Below, piece by piece: positions 1 to 12,597 of a DNA stretch of 64,000 bases. Below the pieces are notes generated by a model. It had not been told where the DNA came from. It saw nothing but the letters and a program-made list of their open reading frames with translations, and did not search any database. Source of the stretch: Perkinsus olseni (taxonomy: Eukaryota); the NCBI GenBank assembly GCA_013115125.1, contig JABANN010000088.1, positions 1-64,000 of the forward strand. The letters are read 5' to 3'. Each line of letters starts with the position of its first letter. Position 1 is the first letter of the stretch. A program made the translations under genes and the position numbers.

Positions 1-21
1 ATCTGTTATCATTCACTCACC

Positions 22-852
22 ATGGCTTCGGGTTCATCAAACAACACAGGGTCTCCATGGAACTACAACATCCCGACGCTCATCGGCTGTGCATCCCGTA
101 AATCTCGTGGTCGTGATGAATCCTTTTCCTCAATGATGATCTGAGCTGCCCGCCATGCAAGGTTGCATTGATTAATTGTTTCGTGTCGTGGGCGTAGGGT
201 TCCCCTTCGACCATTGACCGCTTGCTATATGGTCAGCTCAAAGACAAAGAGGGCTCATAGTGCCAGGCAACGATAAGGCACCAGTTGCATTGGTCTCCTT
301 TGCTCCTAACAAGTAACCTATCACTAACAGCTAATACTCATGCCCTTGTTGTCCACATGGCCCCGCTTTCTATGGACGCTGGTAGTGCTATCACTGCGAG
401 TACCCGTAGAGGGACGCCATCTAGTGCTGAGGATACACGTCAATGATGAACGTCATGGGCCAACAGATCTTCGAGGTCGGCGGATCGATTGAGTATCTGC
501 GATCCGAAGTATACACGAGTATTCAGATCCCTTCGCGACACTGTCGAACTTTGTAGCAACGGCCGAGAAGAAAGTGAACAGAGCGCTTGACACCGTCACG
601 CGCCTAGAAAATAAGTAGTCCGGGATTCGGCGGCGGAGTTAACCGGCCTTCTAGGTCTATGATACTAGCCTCATCGCTTTGACTGCAATCAGGTTAGAAG
701 GGCGTGGTGATGGCGATACGCCTACCACCGGTTTGCAGTTCTGGACGATGGGCTTCCTGTTACTGTTCGGAGCTGGTACAGCCGGTACCATCGTCTGGCT
801 ATATCACCCTGCTAAGAGGGCGAGCGCTGGGGGCGTCATAGCCGACGTGTAA
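22..852 (+). CDS. Small multi-exon putative membrane protein (hypothetical)
   Basis: ATG at 22 (MASGSSNNTGSPWNYNIPTLIG). Short exon-like segments follow (PRFLWTLVVLSL, IFEVGGSIEYLRSE). Last exon FWTMGFLLLFGAGTAGTIVWLYHPAKRASAGGVIADV ends at TAA 850-852 and carries a hydrophobic helix. Confidence 0.35.
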
Positions 853-859
853 TATTGCT

Positions 860-2300
860 GGTATTCACGACGAATTTCGAGGCGCGCGGTCATTAGGTTC
901 GTCTTCACGGGGGAACTAGTATCTTTGACCGCGCGGGATGGTGGTGGTAGCTTGAAGGTTGTTTTGAAGGGCAAAAAACGTGGTGATAAGGTCGAAGAAT
1001 TTGCACAGATATCGTCGGAAGGCGGCCCAGAGCAGTAGGCGTCGTGTGCTGGGTCGGGGCACGCAGTAAACCTCATCAGGCACACATTCGCTAGGAAGGC
1101 AGGGGCCTTCACTTGGGTTATAGGAGAGGTTGAGGTGATACGACTCACGCTTCGCTTCGCCGAAGCAACTTTCAGGATGTTGACGGGCCTGACGGGGAGG
1201 TGTTAGCGGAAGTTTTTGAAGGTGATGAGGTGATTGCGGATGGCCGGATAGACTTGAAAGTGATAGGAGAATCTTTATCATCGTAATCGCCATCCTCGCC
1301 CGATTAGGATCTTTATGAAGAAGGTCGTTTGACTAAAGACATGCAGGATCCGATAGAGGTAGAGCATACCTATCGTAGACGGTCATCGCTGAGAGTTTGG
1401 AAGCAGATAAAGATACCGGTCCAAGGGGGTACCATTGAAGAGGTAGTACTCAATGGTAAGCTGGCCAAAGGATCCAACCTCCATGAGGTAAGATTGCAGG
1501 AACGGTCTTTCTGGGCTCCGTGCAGCTTTCAGGCCCTGCGCTACGGCAAGAGCATTTTTATGGGAGTCAAGCGTGCTGGTATCTTCGGTATTGCAGCGTA
1601 AGCTTGAAGTGTATCTTACCACCTCGACCTAAAGATTTGCTCAGATACGGGGTCTGTGCAGTGTGCGGCGTATTCGGTAACTTCATGGTCGGAGGCATGT
1701 TCTTATTCGGTGGCTGCACTTCACAGAGCATCGTAGCGTTGGTGGGCATGGTCATACTGGCTGCATTAGTCTTACCGGTAATAGGGACCAGCATCTCTCG
1801 GGCATCCACGAGCCACGCTCCTACATCTTTGCCTTTCGAATCGAAAGTTTCGATGCCAAGCGATTGATGGCTTTAGCGGAATTTTATGAAGGGCAGGGCA
1901 GTGTTTTTCGTAGAGCATCACGCATGGTGAACTAGGGTTGTAATTTGAGGACCTTCTCACCTCAGTGCGGTTGAACCTCAGACACTATCGGCGTGGGGGG
2001 CTGCTGACGATGTACAGTACGACTTAGCGAAGAATAAGATGTTCCTTGCTCGAGTGAGCTCACAGCTGAAGGCTTTGGTGCTGATAATACTAGGGACGGT
2101 ACAGATAGTAATGGCAGTCACTGGAGGCACAGGTAGTAGTACTAGGTGTCGATCGGCCGGGGGCTGGTGGATTGGCGGTGCCTCCTCCTCCTCCTCAGAG
2201 ACCTGTTCTCCGCTGTTCACAACCCTGGGCTCGGCCTCACTCATTAATTCTATATTCTTCATTATTGTATTCGTGAAGGATGAAGTAGAAGGAGACATCA
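860..2300 (-). mobile_element. Possible decayed retroelement gag-like relic
   Basis: Interrupted minus-strand frames with IETFDSKGKDVGAWLVDAREML (gag-like) and FTACPDPAHDAYC (degenerate CCHC knuckle). Contains stops and frameshifts. Confidence 0.25.
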
Positions 2301-2587
2301 TGGCCTTGGTGAAGCCAAATTGCCTCTTGAAAGGGGCGAGGCAGGAGCCTGCTCAGGAAAGTGAGCAGCAGCAGGATGATGCCACATGACCCTCGTGAAG
2401 GTGTTCGCCCAATTAATGATCGTCTTGCGTTTGAGTAGTATAGCAGACCGTCTCCCTCGAAGGCGTTGCCATCACGACTCTTCTTAGCGTCCCTCTGCAC
2501 CACCTCACGGACTGAGTATTCAACCCGGGCTATGGACGCTAGGCCGCACTTGCCCGAGAATGAACGTAGAAGTGCCGGAGAGGCCTG

Positions 2588-5500
2588 ATGGTGGATGGTG
2601 GTGTTGATCTTGGTAGCAGCAGAGTTTACATTGATTTGGCCGGCATGCCTCCTCCTCCTCCTGACCAGGGTTCTACTTCCGTTAAACTCTTCGTGAGAGG
2701 TCTCCCCATCCATTACCCAGAGTCGGACTTGAGGGCTGTTTTTGAAGAGTACGTGCAAGGGGCGCCTGGTGTTGTGATCAATGTTATCGGATTGTACGAC
2801 CGTGCGATAGGCAATGTCCACTAGGGTGCACTGGGGCTCTACAACCATCCTGTGCCTGGGAGACTAGCCGCTGGTTTTCTACTCTCAGATCTCTGTAGTT
2901 GCTAGACTAGAATCGTGGCAAACTTCTCCATAGTCTGTCGTTGAACCAGTCATAAATCTCTACGGAGCCTTAAATACGCACTGGAGGGTCGGCAGCATCT
3001 ACGGGGGAGTACATGTTGATGAAACACTGTCGAGTTCATGATTTGGCGGGAGAAGCTTGCTCGGAATCATCGGAGACTAGTAGCGTTTTTGGTCGAAAAC
3101 TCCGTATTTGGGAGCGGCAGGTGGATGAGTTGTTAGCCCATTTTTACTTTCAGGTACGGTGTTGTAGAGGATGTCTTCATCTTGAGGGATAGGTCCACCA
3201 TGCAGAGTAGAGGTAGTTGTAGTAGTACTATAAATAATGGAAGTACTAGTATCGTCGTTGCAGGGATGGCGTTCGTACGGTTTCGAGATATCCCCTGTGG
3301 CATGACCGCCATCAAGGCGTTGAATGGTACTCAGCTACCGAGGAGCGACGTAATACCGGAGAGGCGTGGATCGCCGTTTAATGGTTCTGCTCATACTATT
3401 GCATACGGTACCTGATACCGTCGTTTTGGCAACTTGTGTCCGGTTCACTGACACCACTAATGATACCCCATCTGCTGGCCCCCTTCAGTCCCATATCCCC
3501 TTATCAGTACTCCTAGCCCAGGGTGAGGCGGAAAGGCTAGGGATGCCAGGAGAAGCGGTCCCTACCGGTAGTATGAGTAGCAGCCGTAGATCAATTACTA
3601 TGCTTCTTCTTGGCGGATGGACCGCTGTGTGATCGATAGAGGGAGTAGGCCTCGACACTACTTGACTTGTGATCTCGCGGTATCTCAGCTAGTCTGTTGC
3701 ATGCGAGTGGGTACTCATCGTATGAGCATCCGTGAGTACCCTCCCTGCAATCCCGCCGTCTAAGGCCTGGTGGTGTGGCCTTGGGCTTCCCTCGTGTCAG
3801 AGTTCGATTGGTTGTATGGTAGGTGGTGATACTAAGCTCTTCGTGTCGGGTCTGGGGCCAGCGACACAGGAGCCTGAACTGCGGACTATCTTCGAACCCT
3901 ACGGCCGTATCAATGAAATTCATGTGCCGGGACCACATGCCTTGTAAGAAGGGTCTTGCATACCGGCAGGGTCTCATACCGCACCTTTCCTACTCGCAGC
4001 TTTCGGACACTCCTGGCCAACACAGGTACGCTTTCGTTCGTTTCGCTGATAAAGAAGATGCATTGAAGGCGATTCGAGAAGTTAACGGCCGCGTGACGGT
4101 CGAGGGGTCACAGAGGCCACTGGAAGTGAAGGTGGCTGAGTCAAGGGCCGCCAAGGCAGACAGGAACTCCCATTACCATCAACATCACTATGCAGGAGGT
4201 AATCCCTACTGAAGTCACGGGACAGGTAGCTGCATGACAGGCGGATACGACCCAACTACATCATCCTCGGGTTATGGTGGACCTCCGCCGCCTCTGGCTG
4301 CTCCTGCTGCTGCTGCCTCGAGGGGTACGTCACGACCGATGTTCAAGGCAGGCATGGCGGCCGATCCAGCTAGTAGTAGGGGGTGAGCTTCACGAGTCTA
4401 TGGTCTTCGGGACGATGCTCTCAGCCACCACAATGGGTCGTATTGACGGCGCACTGTTCACGACTTCACCGTGTAGAGAGGTGTCCTGCTAGGTGCTGCT
4501 GGTCTGCGGTTGATGGCTGGCGCAGCTGCATCCTTACCTATCAATGGGACATCATCACCCCCGCCAGGGAGGCAGGACAGCCCAGCATCGAACGGGGTTA
4601 GAGGCCCCTCCACCACTCAGGCGCCGAGGACGGCTGGGGTTTGGACTGAGTAACTAAATCTGGGTATCATATCCCTTCTGGCGTTTGGATATTCTGACAC
4701 CTCTAGCTTAGAAATACTTGGCGATTCCTTCCAGGTACTTCACAATGGACGACACTCCTTACTACCACAACTCGCGCACCAACGAAGTTCAGTGGGAGAT
4801 GCCGGCAGAGTTCAGGAATCCCATCAACGTGCACACAGCGCCTCAGACTAAAGGTAAGGTCTGCTCAATTCAGAGGGGCTTCAGTCCTACTACTTCCCTA
4901 GACTCCTATTAAGCTGTGTTAACTCGGTGATTTTAACGACTATGCTTCCCGTACCCTGTTTAGTGGGATAGATGGTACGGCCGCTGGAAACCTTCAAAAT
5001 TTCCTCCTTGGATGGCCTTGTTTCCGCAGCGCCGGCGATTACCTTACTTGATAACCGTGGTGAATTTAGTTTCGAAATCAACTCGTGTTATTAGTAGTAG
5101 AAAGTTGCTGGTAGAGAGGCCTCGGACCTTGTTATTTTCATTGGTGAGTTTTAGTACCATCCAAACCTCAACTCAGGCAACTCTAGACAGGAGTAGGGGG
5201 TGAGGAGGTATGTCAGTGTTTGTGGTCTTCGTCCGTACACAGGTCCCCCTGGTGCTAACGTCTTTGTCTTCTCTGTACCGGATGCTTGGACCGAGAACGA
5301 CTTGCGAGATCACTTCTCAAGTTTCGGAAATATTGTTTCGGCGAAGGTAGCTGAGAAGGCGCTGTTCTAACATGCTCAGCTAGAGGTGTCAGAAAAGTGC
5401 CGAACCGCTGTCCTTAGGTGGTGGTTGATAAACATACTGGTCTATCGCGTGGCTATGGATTCATCTCCTACGATAATGCACAATCAGCAGGGCGCGCGGT

Positions 5501-5969
5501 AGTACTGCGGAGGGTGGGCTGCATGGGTCGACAAGTTTTCCGATGGTAAAATGAATGTAGTTCTCGAACAGTCAGACTGGACCAGTCGTAGCGCTGGACG
5601 GCCGAGTGGCAGTTGGCGCGTCTGAAAGTGGTAAATGAAAGCGCAATCTACGCGAGTGTTTATGAGAGGTGGGAGGAAGTGTTCAACGTGAGTACTCAGC
5701 GGACGACTAGGGCCACGTCGGATGGAAGTGTTAATGTCCATCACTGGAGCGGTAGTAGCAGGTATTCGCTCTTGAATTGGGGTATGGTATCTTTACCATC
5801 ACTTGCTGGTATACAACATGAAGTGGCGTTATTGGTTGCTCAGGTTGCCGAGATGAATGGCTTCGTAGCTGCCAATGGTCGACGTATCAAAGTGCAGATC
5901 AAGAAGGGAGAGGAGGGTGCTGCCGTTCAGAGGCCCGCCGGGGAGGGGAGACCAACTAGACCATATTGA
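2588..5969 (+). CDS. CELF/Bruno-like RNA-binding protein, RRM1-RRM2-WW-RRM3, multi-exon
   Basis: RRM1 KLFVRGLP...[10 protein letters not shown]2 KLFVSGLG...YAFVRF...[14 protein letters not shown] domain [31 protein letters not shown]3 [13 protein letters not shown]...[19 protein letters not shown]...MNGF...RRIKVQIK...RPY*. GT-AG introns restore the frame. Confidence 0.9.
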
Positions 5970-6026
5970 CAATAATTATTGCAATTCAATTGTTATACTA
6001 TTACTAATAGCTAGAGGTGTCAGAAT
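4691..6026. repeat. 17-18 nt element in three copies: antisense 4691-4708, sense 5378-5394 and 6009-6026
   Basis: attctgacacctctagct (4691-4708) is the exact reverse complement of agctagaggtgtcagaat (6009-6026) and matches agctagaggtgtcagaa (5378-5394) over 17 nt. Confidence 0.9.
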
Positions 6027-6045
6027 GTATCACAGGTGATGTTGT

Positions 6046-6046
<1 letters not shown>

Positions 6047-6088
<42 letters not shown>
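6047..6088. repeat. (GAT)14 microsatellite downstream of the CELF-like stop
   Basis: Read directly from the sequence. Confidence 0.95.
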
Positions 6089-6089
<1 letters not shown>

Positions 6090-6429
6090 GTCGTGATGTT
6101 CATGCCCATGCCTGTTGCTGATGTTACTGCTGTGGTGTCGTTGATGATGCGTCCATCTGGATGGATATCTTAGAATTAGTGTTCGAGCTGCGTTCCGGGT
6201 GTAATACGACGACGATGCATTCTCTCTACTACTACCTGAACGCTTGGTCTTATCAATAACAACAACAACATCGATAGCTGCTGTTAGAGAGCTTAAGCCG
6301 TCCATTAGTCCACTACTGTTGCGCTCTCAGTTCATAGGGCACAGGTGGCCGGGGTTGGGGCTGAGGAGGGAAATATGCTGACGCAGTATGATCTTCGAGT
6401 AGTTGTCGTGGTATCTAATTTGAGCCATT

Positions 6430-8371
6430 ATGGCAGCCCCTGACGGAGTGGGCAGCAGCAGCAGTGGTGGTGGGGCGGCCTCCCCAGTACCACCGCCACC
6501 CTCCTACTTAGTGTGTTCGATCCTGCACGCAGTACCTAAACAGAAGGCTGAGGCGGGGCGGATCTTCCAACTGCCCCCCACTTTACGGCCCCCAGCAGTG
6601 GCAACACCGGGAAAGGTAGCTCACGACTATGCCGGTCGCATCGTCCGTAACGTTCCGCGTTGATGGAAAGACTCGGCCTCGTGCTCCTGGGGTGGGAGTG
6701 TCCGTTTGGTCGAGAAGGTTCACGTCTCTGGTGTTAGCCATGAAACACAGTATTTTGAAAATGTTCTCCTTTGCATTTCTAGCATTCCTCGTGTCTGTGT
6801 TGGGGCCGCTGCCTCTGCATTGCTGCCACTGTTGTTAGGTGGATGGGGACTGTGCGCCCTATGCTAGCTTGGTCGTACCATCCTTCGCCCGACACCCCAA
6901 GGAAGGGTCCAATCTCAATGATAATCTACGGATATACGAGAATGGCACCTTCGACTTCGAGGAGGCGGATAAGGCTGAGGGCGTCTCGGGAACAGCATGC
7001 GTTCCAATATGCTATCCTAGGTGGGCACTTAGACGCTCAGCAAGCAGGTGGTGTCTTGCAGCACCCTTTCGTTGTTGCACCACTAGAGGCATCAACTCCG
7101 TATGGGAATATTTCCTTCTTTGTGTTTATCACCACCGATCGAGCATTCTATCTGTCTGAATGCTCAGCGTTGGTGAGGAGATGATACCGTCTTTGCTGTT
7201 TCAGTGGAGAGCAGCAGAAGACAGTGTGTGCACTTTCGAAGCACCAGCGTGAGGCTCCCTTGTCCCCGCCCCTACGGTGCGGCCCCAGAGTCCACGCCTT
7301 CAAGACCGTAGACGGGCTTGTGGTGCTCTCTGGCACAGTAGAGGCCCCTCCTGAACCCACCCTTGTTGGTACCATCTCCGATCCAGGCATGAGGCCTCGA
7401 GAAACTCTGAACATGCTCATCCACGCGGCCGGTGTGTGTGCTAGGATTCAGCCCGACGGGTCGATAAGGGTTGTTCACGGCAGTGGCGGGAAAGTGTCCC
7501 TGGATGGTGTGAGGTTCGTGTCTGCCGCTTGTGAAGCTGATGAGTATCCGCTGCTCGAGAACAATCGTCAGAAGCTCAGTGCCGTTGTTTTGAGGAGGAC
7601 CAGGATGGTCGTGTTGAGGGGCAAAGCCAAGGTAGGAGGGCACTCACCACTGCGGCAACGGCTACTGCACTCCTTCAGGCCGACGGAGCGACAACACATG
7701 GTGGTGATGAGAGCGGCACCAGCACTCTGGTGGGGGTCCTGCCTCCGGAAGTACCCCCTCCTCAAAGGCTCATACTCTTACCCGTCCTATCCTCCGTCTG
7801 TGTAGCGGTCACTACTGCTGGAGATGTTATCACTACGAAGGTTGGGATTGGTGCGAGGTTCGTGTCGCTGTCGGGGGTAGGTCGGGAGGATGCTGCCCTC
7901 GGGAATCATCCCTCCCTCCAGGTGCTGTGGCCCTACCCGTACGGTGCCGACAACGTGAATACCCAGTCAGTGCCAGTACCGCGCGCCGCTAAATCAGCCC
8001 CTCCGCCTAGGATACCCGGCCTGTGTGGCAACTTCCGCAAGCTGATGGACGACCAAGACCTTTTCCAGTGCATGTGCTCCCTGCCACCAGAACACCGAGA
8101 GTATCTTCTGGAGAAGGTCAAGGAGAACCTTGGCATTCTGGTCTTCACCAACGCTACTGGTCATCAAGCTAAGGACTATGCCCGCTTCCGGAGGAATCAG
8201 GAGCGGATGAAGAGGAACCAGGCTCTCCAACAACAACGGCAACAACAACAACAACAAGTGAAACGGGGTTCGCCGGCTACCACCTCACGCCCCAGTCCAA
8301 GCCCCAGTCCAAGTCCTAGCCCAAGCCCCAGTCCAAGCCCGGCTCCGAGCCTCAGTTCGACGTGGCAGTAG
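6430..8371 (+). CDS. Multi-exon hypothetical protein with poly-Q and Pro-Ser repeat tail
   Basis: Chain of + strand ORF segments separated by GT-AG gaps, ending QQQRQQQQQQ...PSPSPSPSPSPSPAPSLSSTWQ*. No family recognised. Confidence 0.45.
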
Positions 8372-8644
8372 CCTGTCGTCGCCTTGTAGCATCCCTTTTA
8401 CGATTATTTGATTTCCACTCGGGAGGGCTGTAGAGTTGAAGTCACTAGAGGCGGAAGAGGTAACCATTTCTCTTGTGAAGTATTACTTAATGGCACGTAC
8501 ATCGAAACTATTAGTTCGCGTGAAGAATCAGTGGTCTCGAGTGTTGTCGCCTAGGGCCGTCTTAAAGCATCGAGCAACCCTTTGAGAAACACCTAGCTTT
8601 CGTGTCAAGACGAAGAAGGTCTTGGATGCTTGCAGTGGAGACAC

Positions 8645-9473
8645 ATGAGCGACGGAAATGACCACATGTCTTCCTTGACTGCGGCAAAAAGGACTACGAG
8701 ACGCATAATCAAGCAGAGGCTTCGAGACATGGCACAGCCAGTCGTAGCCGAGAAGTCCATCCTAATACAAGATAGAGTATCAAATATGGAGGTTTGGAAA
8801 GAGGCTAGAGCAGTTGGAGTGTTCTTGTCGATGCCTCATGGGGAGGTGGGATACTCACCATCAACGCCGATGAGTTCACCGAAGGTCGTGTGCATGCTCC
8901 TTTTGTCAGGCGCAAACTGACCGTCTGGTTGCTGATGCCTTTACGGGTGGTAAGAGAGTTTTTGTCCCGAAGACTGTGCCCGATAGCAACGACATGGAGC
9001 TTCTGGAGGCAGGGTGGGGATAGTCTTCCGATGCTTTGGGGAAGGGCCTCGTTCCCATCAGGAGCCTGGAAGATATTACCTCCTTTCCACGCACCACTTG
9101 GGGTATACCTGAACCAGATCTTACCAATCCGACTACCGGCGAGCCTCGACCAAACGCCATCGAAGGTTCCCCTCCGCTGGACGCCATCTTAGTCCCTGGA
9201 CTTGGTTTCGACGTCCACTGTGGAAGGTTGGGAAGAGGCAAGGGCTTCTACGATCGCTACTTGTCCCGTCTTTCGGAGAGGACTGGCAAGATGCCCGCGT
9301 TGATTGCCTTAGCGTTCGAATGTCAAGTGAGCGATGAGCTGCGGCGTGGCTCTGTGCTGTGGCCTTGGGCTTCTCAGGTCCTTGACGAGGTACCCACTAC
9401 GAAGGACGATATTCCGGTGAACTACCTGGTCACTGAAGAGCGTATCGTCGAAGGGAGGGGCTACCCAGCATGA
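8645..9473 (+). CDS. MTHFS: 5-formyltetrahydrofolate cyclo-ligase (4 exons)
   Basis: AAKRTTRRIIKQRL...VGVFLSMPHGE|AQT...GKRVFVPK...WGIPEP...LDAILVPGLGFDVHCGRLGRGKGFYDRYL...LAFECQ|VLDEVPTTKDDIPVNYLVTE. Confidence 0.92.
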
Positions 9474-9659
9474 TGGCAGCTGTTATACTGTTTTCTGATG
9501 TCTCATATTAGTGTTGAACCCCTTGGTTAATGCGTGAAGGACTACAATCGGTTAGATTGGAGAAAGCGTTCGTTTTATCGCAACGATTGGGGATAGCAGA
9601 TGCCCTTCCTGGGGTGCCTCTCTGAGCCTCAGTGACAGTACCATCCATTCCCCAACTCA

Positions 9660-12190
9660 ATGTTGATCTATTGTCTCCTTGTGTATGCTGTACTATCCGT
9701 CGTTGCCGGCGCCCCCATACGTGGTAGTCCGGATGCTTGCAGTGACCAACACCCTAGAACCAACTGGGCCGAGGTGCAGCAGCACCTTCATCGGGCCATC
9801 GATGAGTTCGACCCGGCGTCGCCTCTCAACTTTACGCAAGGGATAGCCGCCCTTAGTGACTACATCGCCAGAGAGACCGACATCCTCGAGGTCCAGCCAG
9901 CAGCCCCTCCCCTTGTGGACCTGTCGCCTTTCAGGGGTGGCAACTGGATAACAATGATTGCTGGTTCGGGTACGCTCTACCATGGCTGATGATATCGCCC
10001 CATCTCCCTCGTACTGAGGAGACGGCTCAGCTGGAGGCAGAGGCCCTGTCGGTAGCAGCCAGGCTAGTCACGGTATTGACGGCTTTTCATACTAGACCTC
10101 AGTTTCTCATACTGTGCCCGTGGCAATTTTGGATTCTCACGTCACCCTGGAGGCCACTAGAAGTGCTCCTCGCCGTTTCGAGGATGCTCAACCGCGCTAA
10201 TGGTGATGGCTCTTGTTCGGCCGTTGAGGACTTCGAAGGGCTCCGGTCAGATGTACCCGGGTCATGCCCGGCCCTGCCGGAGACAACCGTCGACGCTGCT
10301 GCGATCCTCCTTGAGCACTCCCTCCCTCCTCAAGCAGGAGATGATGTATGCCAGTGGCTCCATCGTGCAACGCGCTTGGTCAGAGTGTCGTCCGACCACC
10401 ACCGCTATCACGTTGCATTGGGTTATGGTGTATACGAAGCTCATGCCATACTAGAGAGGATACTCAAGGTCAGCTTGGACACTCCGAGCTGCTAGCAGGG
10501 GACTTGATACAGTCAGTCGCACTGGTTGGCAGCTGCTATGCTTGCTTTGAGGTTCACACCCCTGTGGGAGGAGTTGCTCAACCTCAAACCTGTGCATGAA
10601 CGTGAGTCACATAGGGGTAGCTAGCAAGCCCCTGTTCGTCCCTACAGGTGGGCTGTTCGAGAGGAAGAAGGGCGATATAGACGATCAACTCCCCCAGGCT
10701 GGTGGCTCAGTCCAGACAGTACCTCCTGTACCGCAGGCTTTTGCCCCAGCCCACAGTCAGGCGAGCGAACATTGTTATCTCACCAGCTCCACCGCAGATA
10801 CATCCGATCGTTTTGACCTCGTCTACGCTGCTCAAACCGTCCATGAGGCTCTAGAGGAACATGGTCGCCTCCCTCACAGCAGCTTGATGGAGCTAGCGGC
10901 CTTCACCAGGTATACCATACATCATCGTGGCGGGGACAGTTATCGGTGCAGTGCGATACCACGGCCTCAACCCTTGGGAGCACGACTGTGACCTCTGTGA
11001 GTTGCCGGTCGAACTGAATGGACTTGCCTGACGTTGTGGCAGGTATGGATGATCGTCGTCATTATGATCTTCTGAAGATCATTCTGCGGCAGTTCACCGA
11101 ACCCCAGTCCAGTCTACTCCGCCAGCGAGGGGTCAGGTTGATCGCTAGCGTTCGAAAGGGATATTCTCATAAGTGCGAGGGGCTGCTGTCGGCGGCGGTG
11201 CCCTCGAGTTGTCATCACTGTAGATTCTCTCTTGCGGAGCCGCGGGACTTCTTGGAGCTTGAGGAAAGCCCTTCTGTAACGTGGGGTTACCCCTATGGTG
11301 ACGTCCAAGAATGTCGAGGCTTTGCTGAGAGTTCGCCATGGTTTGGTATGCGGGAAAATTGGATGGTCCCCCGTCACTTGGTGAGTACGTATCCTGAAGG
11401 TCTCGCTACCCTCTGACTCTTTGAAATGCATCTTGCAACTTAAGATACCTAATAGCGTTGCTATTGGTGCAACGAGCTGCTCTGCGTACCACACGCTCAG
11501 ACAATTGTATCCGTTGTCGGTGGCGGTGGGCATCGGCTCTGTTCCATCGCGAGTGCGTTACCAAATCCCAGTGGTCCCCCTGGCTGCAGGTCGTCCCCCG
11601 TCGGAAGATGCTCGTCCACGGTGTACCGATGTGGGGGCCTGCTCGCCCAGATGAATATGTCACGGCTTATCTCGCTGCTATGTACGGATATATTGACGAT
11701 TGGAAGAACATCTGCCGAGGCCATCGACACCTCAACGAATCCGTTATGAACTGCTCTGCTCTTGGTTCCTCCTACCACCATGTTAGTCCCTGTCCAGAAG
11801 TGCCGAGGGCATTCCAAGGACCGGTGTTAGCCAGGGTCCTGGCCTTGCACGATGTTAATTTCGGCAGCCCTGATATCATAGCAGTCCAATGCTACCGATT
11901 TGGCCGCTCCGGTGAGGCTGCAGTTTACCACACCATCGATTTCGAGTACGTGTCTGACCATACGGGTAAGCGGTGTGCCGGTGTCATCATGGCTCGCGAC
12001 CTGCGTGGTGCGTACGAGTTCGGGCCATTTCTACGGTTCACTGGACTTCCCCTTCACCTTGGTATGCAGCAGATAGGCATCTTATCGCATGATTGTGAAT
12101 GATACTCTCAAGTACGACTCCTCAGGATATTGCGTTCTCTGGGGAGTCCTGCAGCGCAGTAGCGGGTCAATACCGTCCTCGCTGTCGTAA
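9660..12190 (+). CDS. Signal-peptide LicD/fukutin-family nucleotidyltransferase-fold protein, multi-exon
   Basis: N-terminal signal MLIYCLLVYAVLSVVAG. Spliced exons around 10910-11060 read GIPYIIVAGTVIGAVRYHGLNPWEHDCDLCMD (LicD GT-x-x-GAVR...PW-x-x-D-x-D signature). Downstream VPMWGPARPDEYVTAYLAAMYGYIDDW matches the LicD C-terminal motif. Confidence 0.75.
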
Positions 12191-12597
12191 ACACCGACTG
12201 AAATACACAAGTTACTTGCAAGGGGTTGCACAATAATACAGTATATCGCTCCGCCAAGAATTTATTGCCTCTGAGCTAACGACATACAAGAACGGGAAGG
12301 CCCCACCACTCATAATGGGAATAGTTTCCCCGCACTTTGAACCGATGGCTGAATAAAGGCGACGCGATTCCCTGGGAGGACCTGTTATCCTGGACCACAG
12401 TTATTGGATGAATCGTATCCTCTCAACTCTCCTCCGGTCATGAGCAGTAAAGGGCGACAAGCTCATTTGCTTCACCAACGCAACAGACTGGAGTAATGTG
12501 CGAAAGGGCAGAACAAATCATAACCGAGCAGCAGTGATAGTAAAGTAAAATGAAAGACTCGGATTGTTGGTGATAAGTCTAGTTAGGCCTACTCAGA

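Noticed and set aside
6030-6305. Poly-His ORF on the minus strand
   Set aside because: Product of the (GAT)14 microsatellite; no other coding signal.
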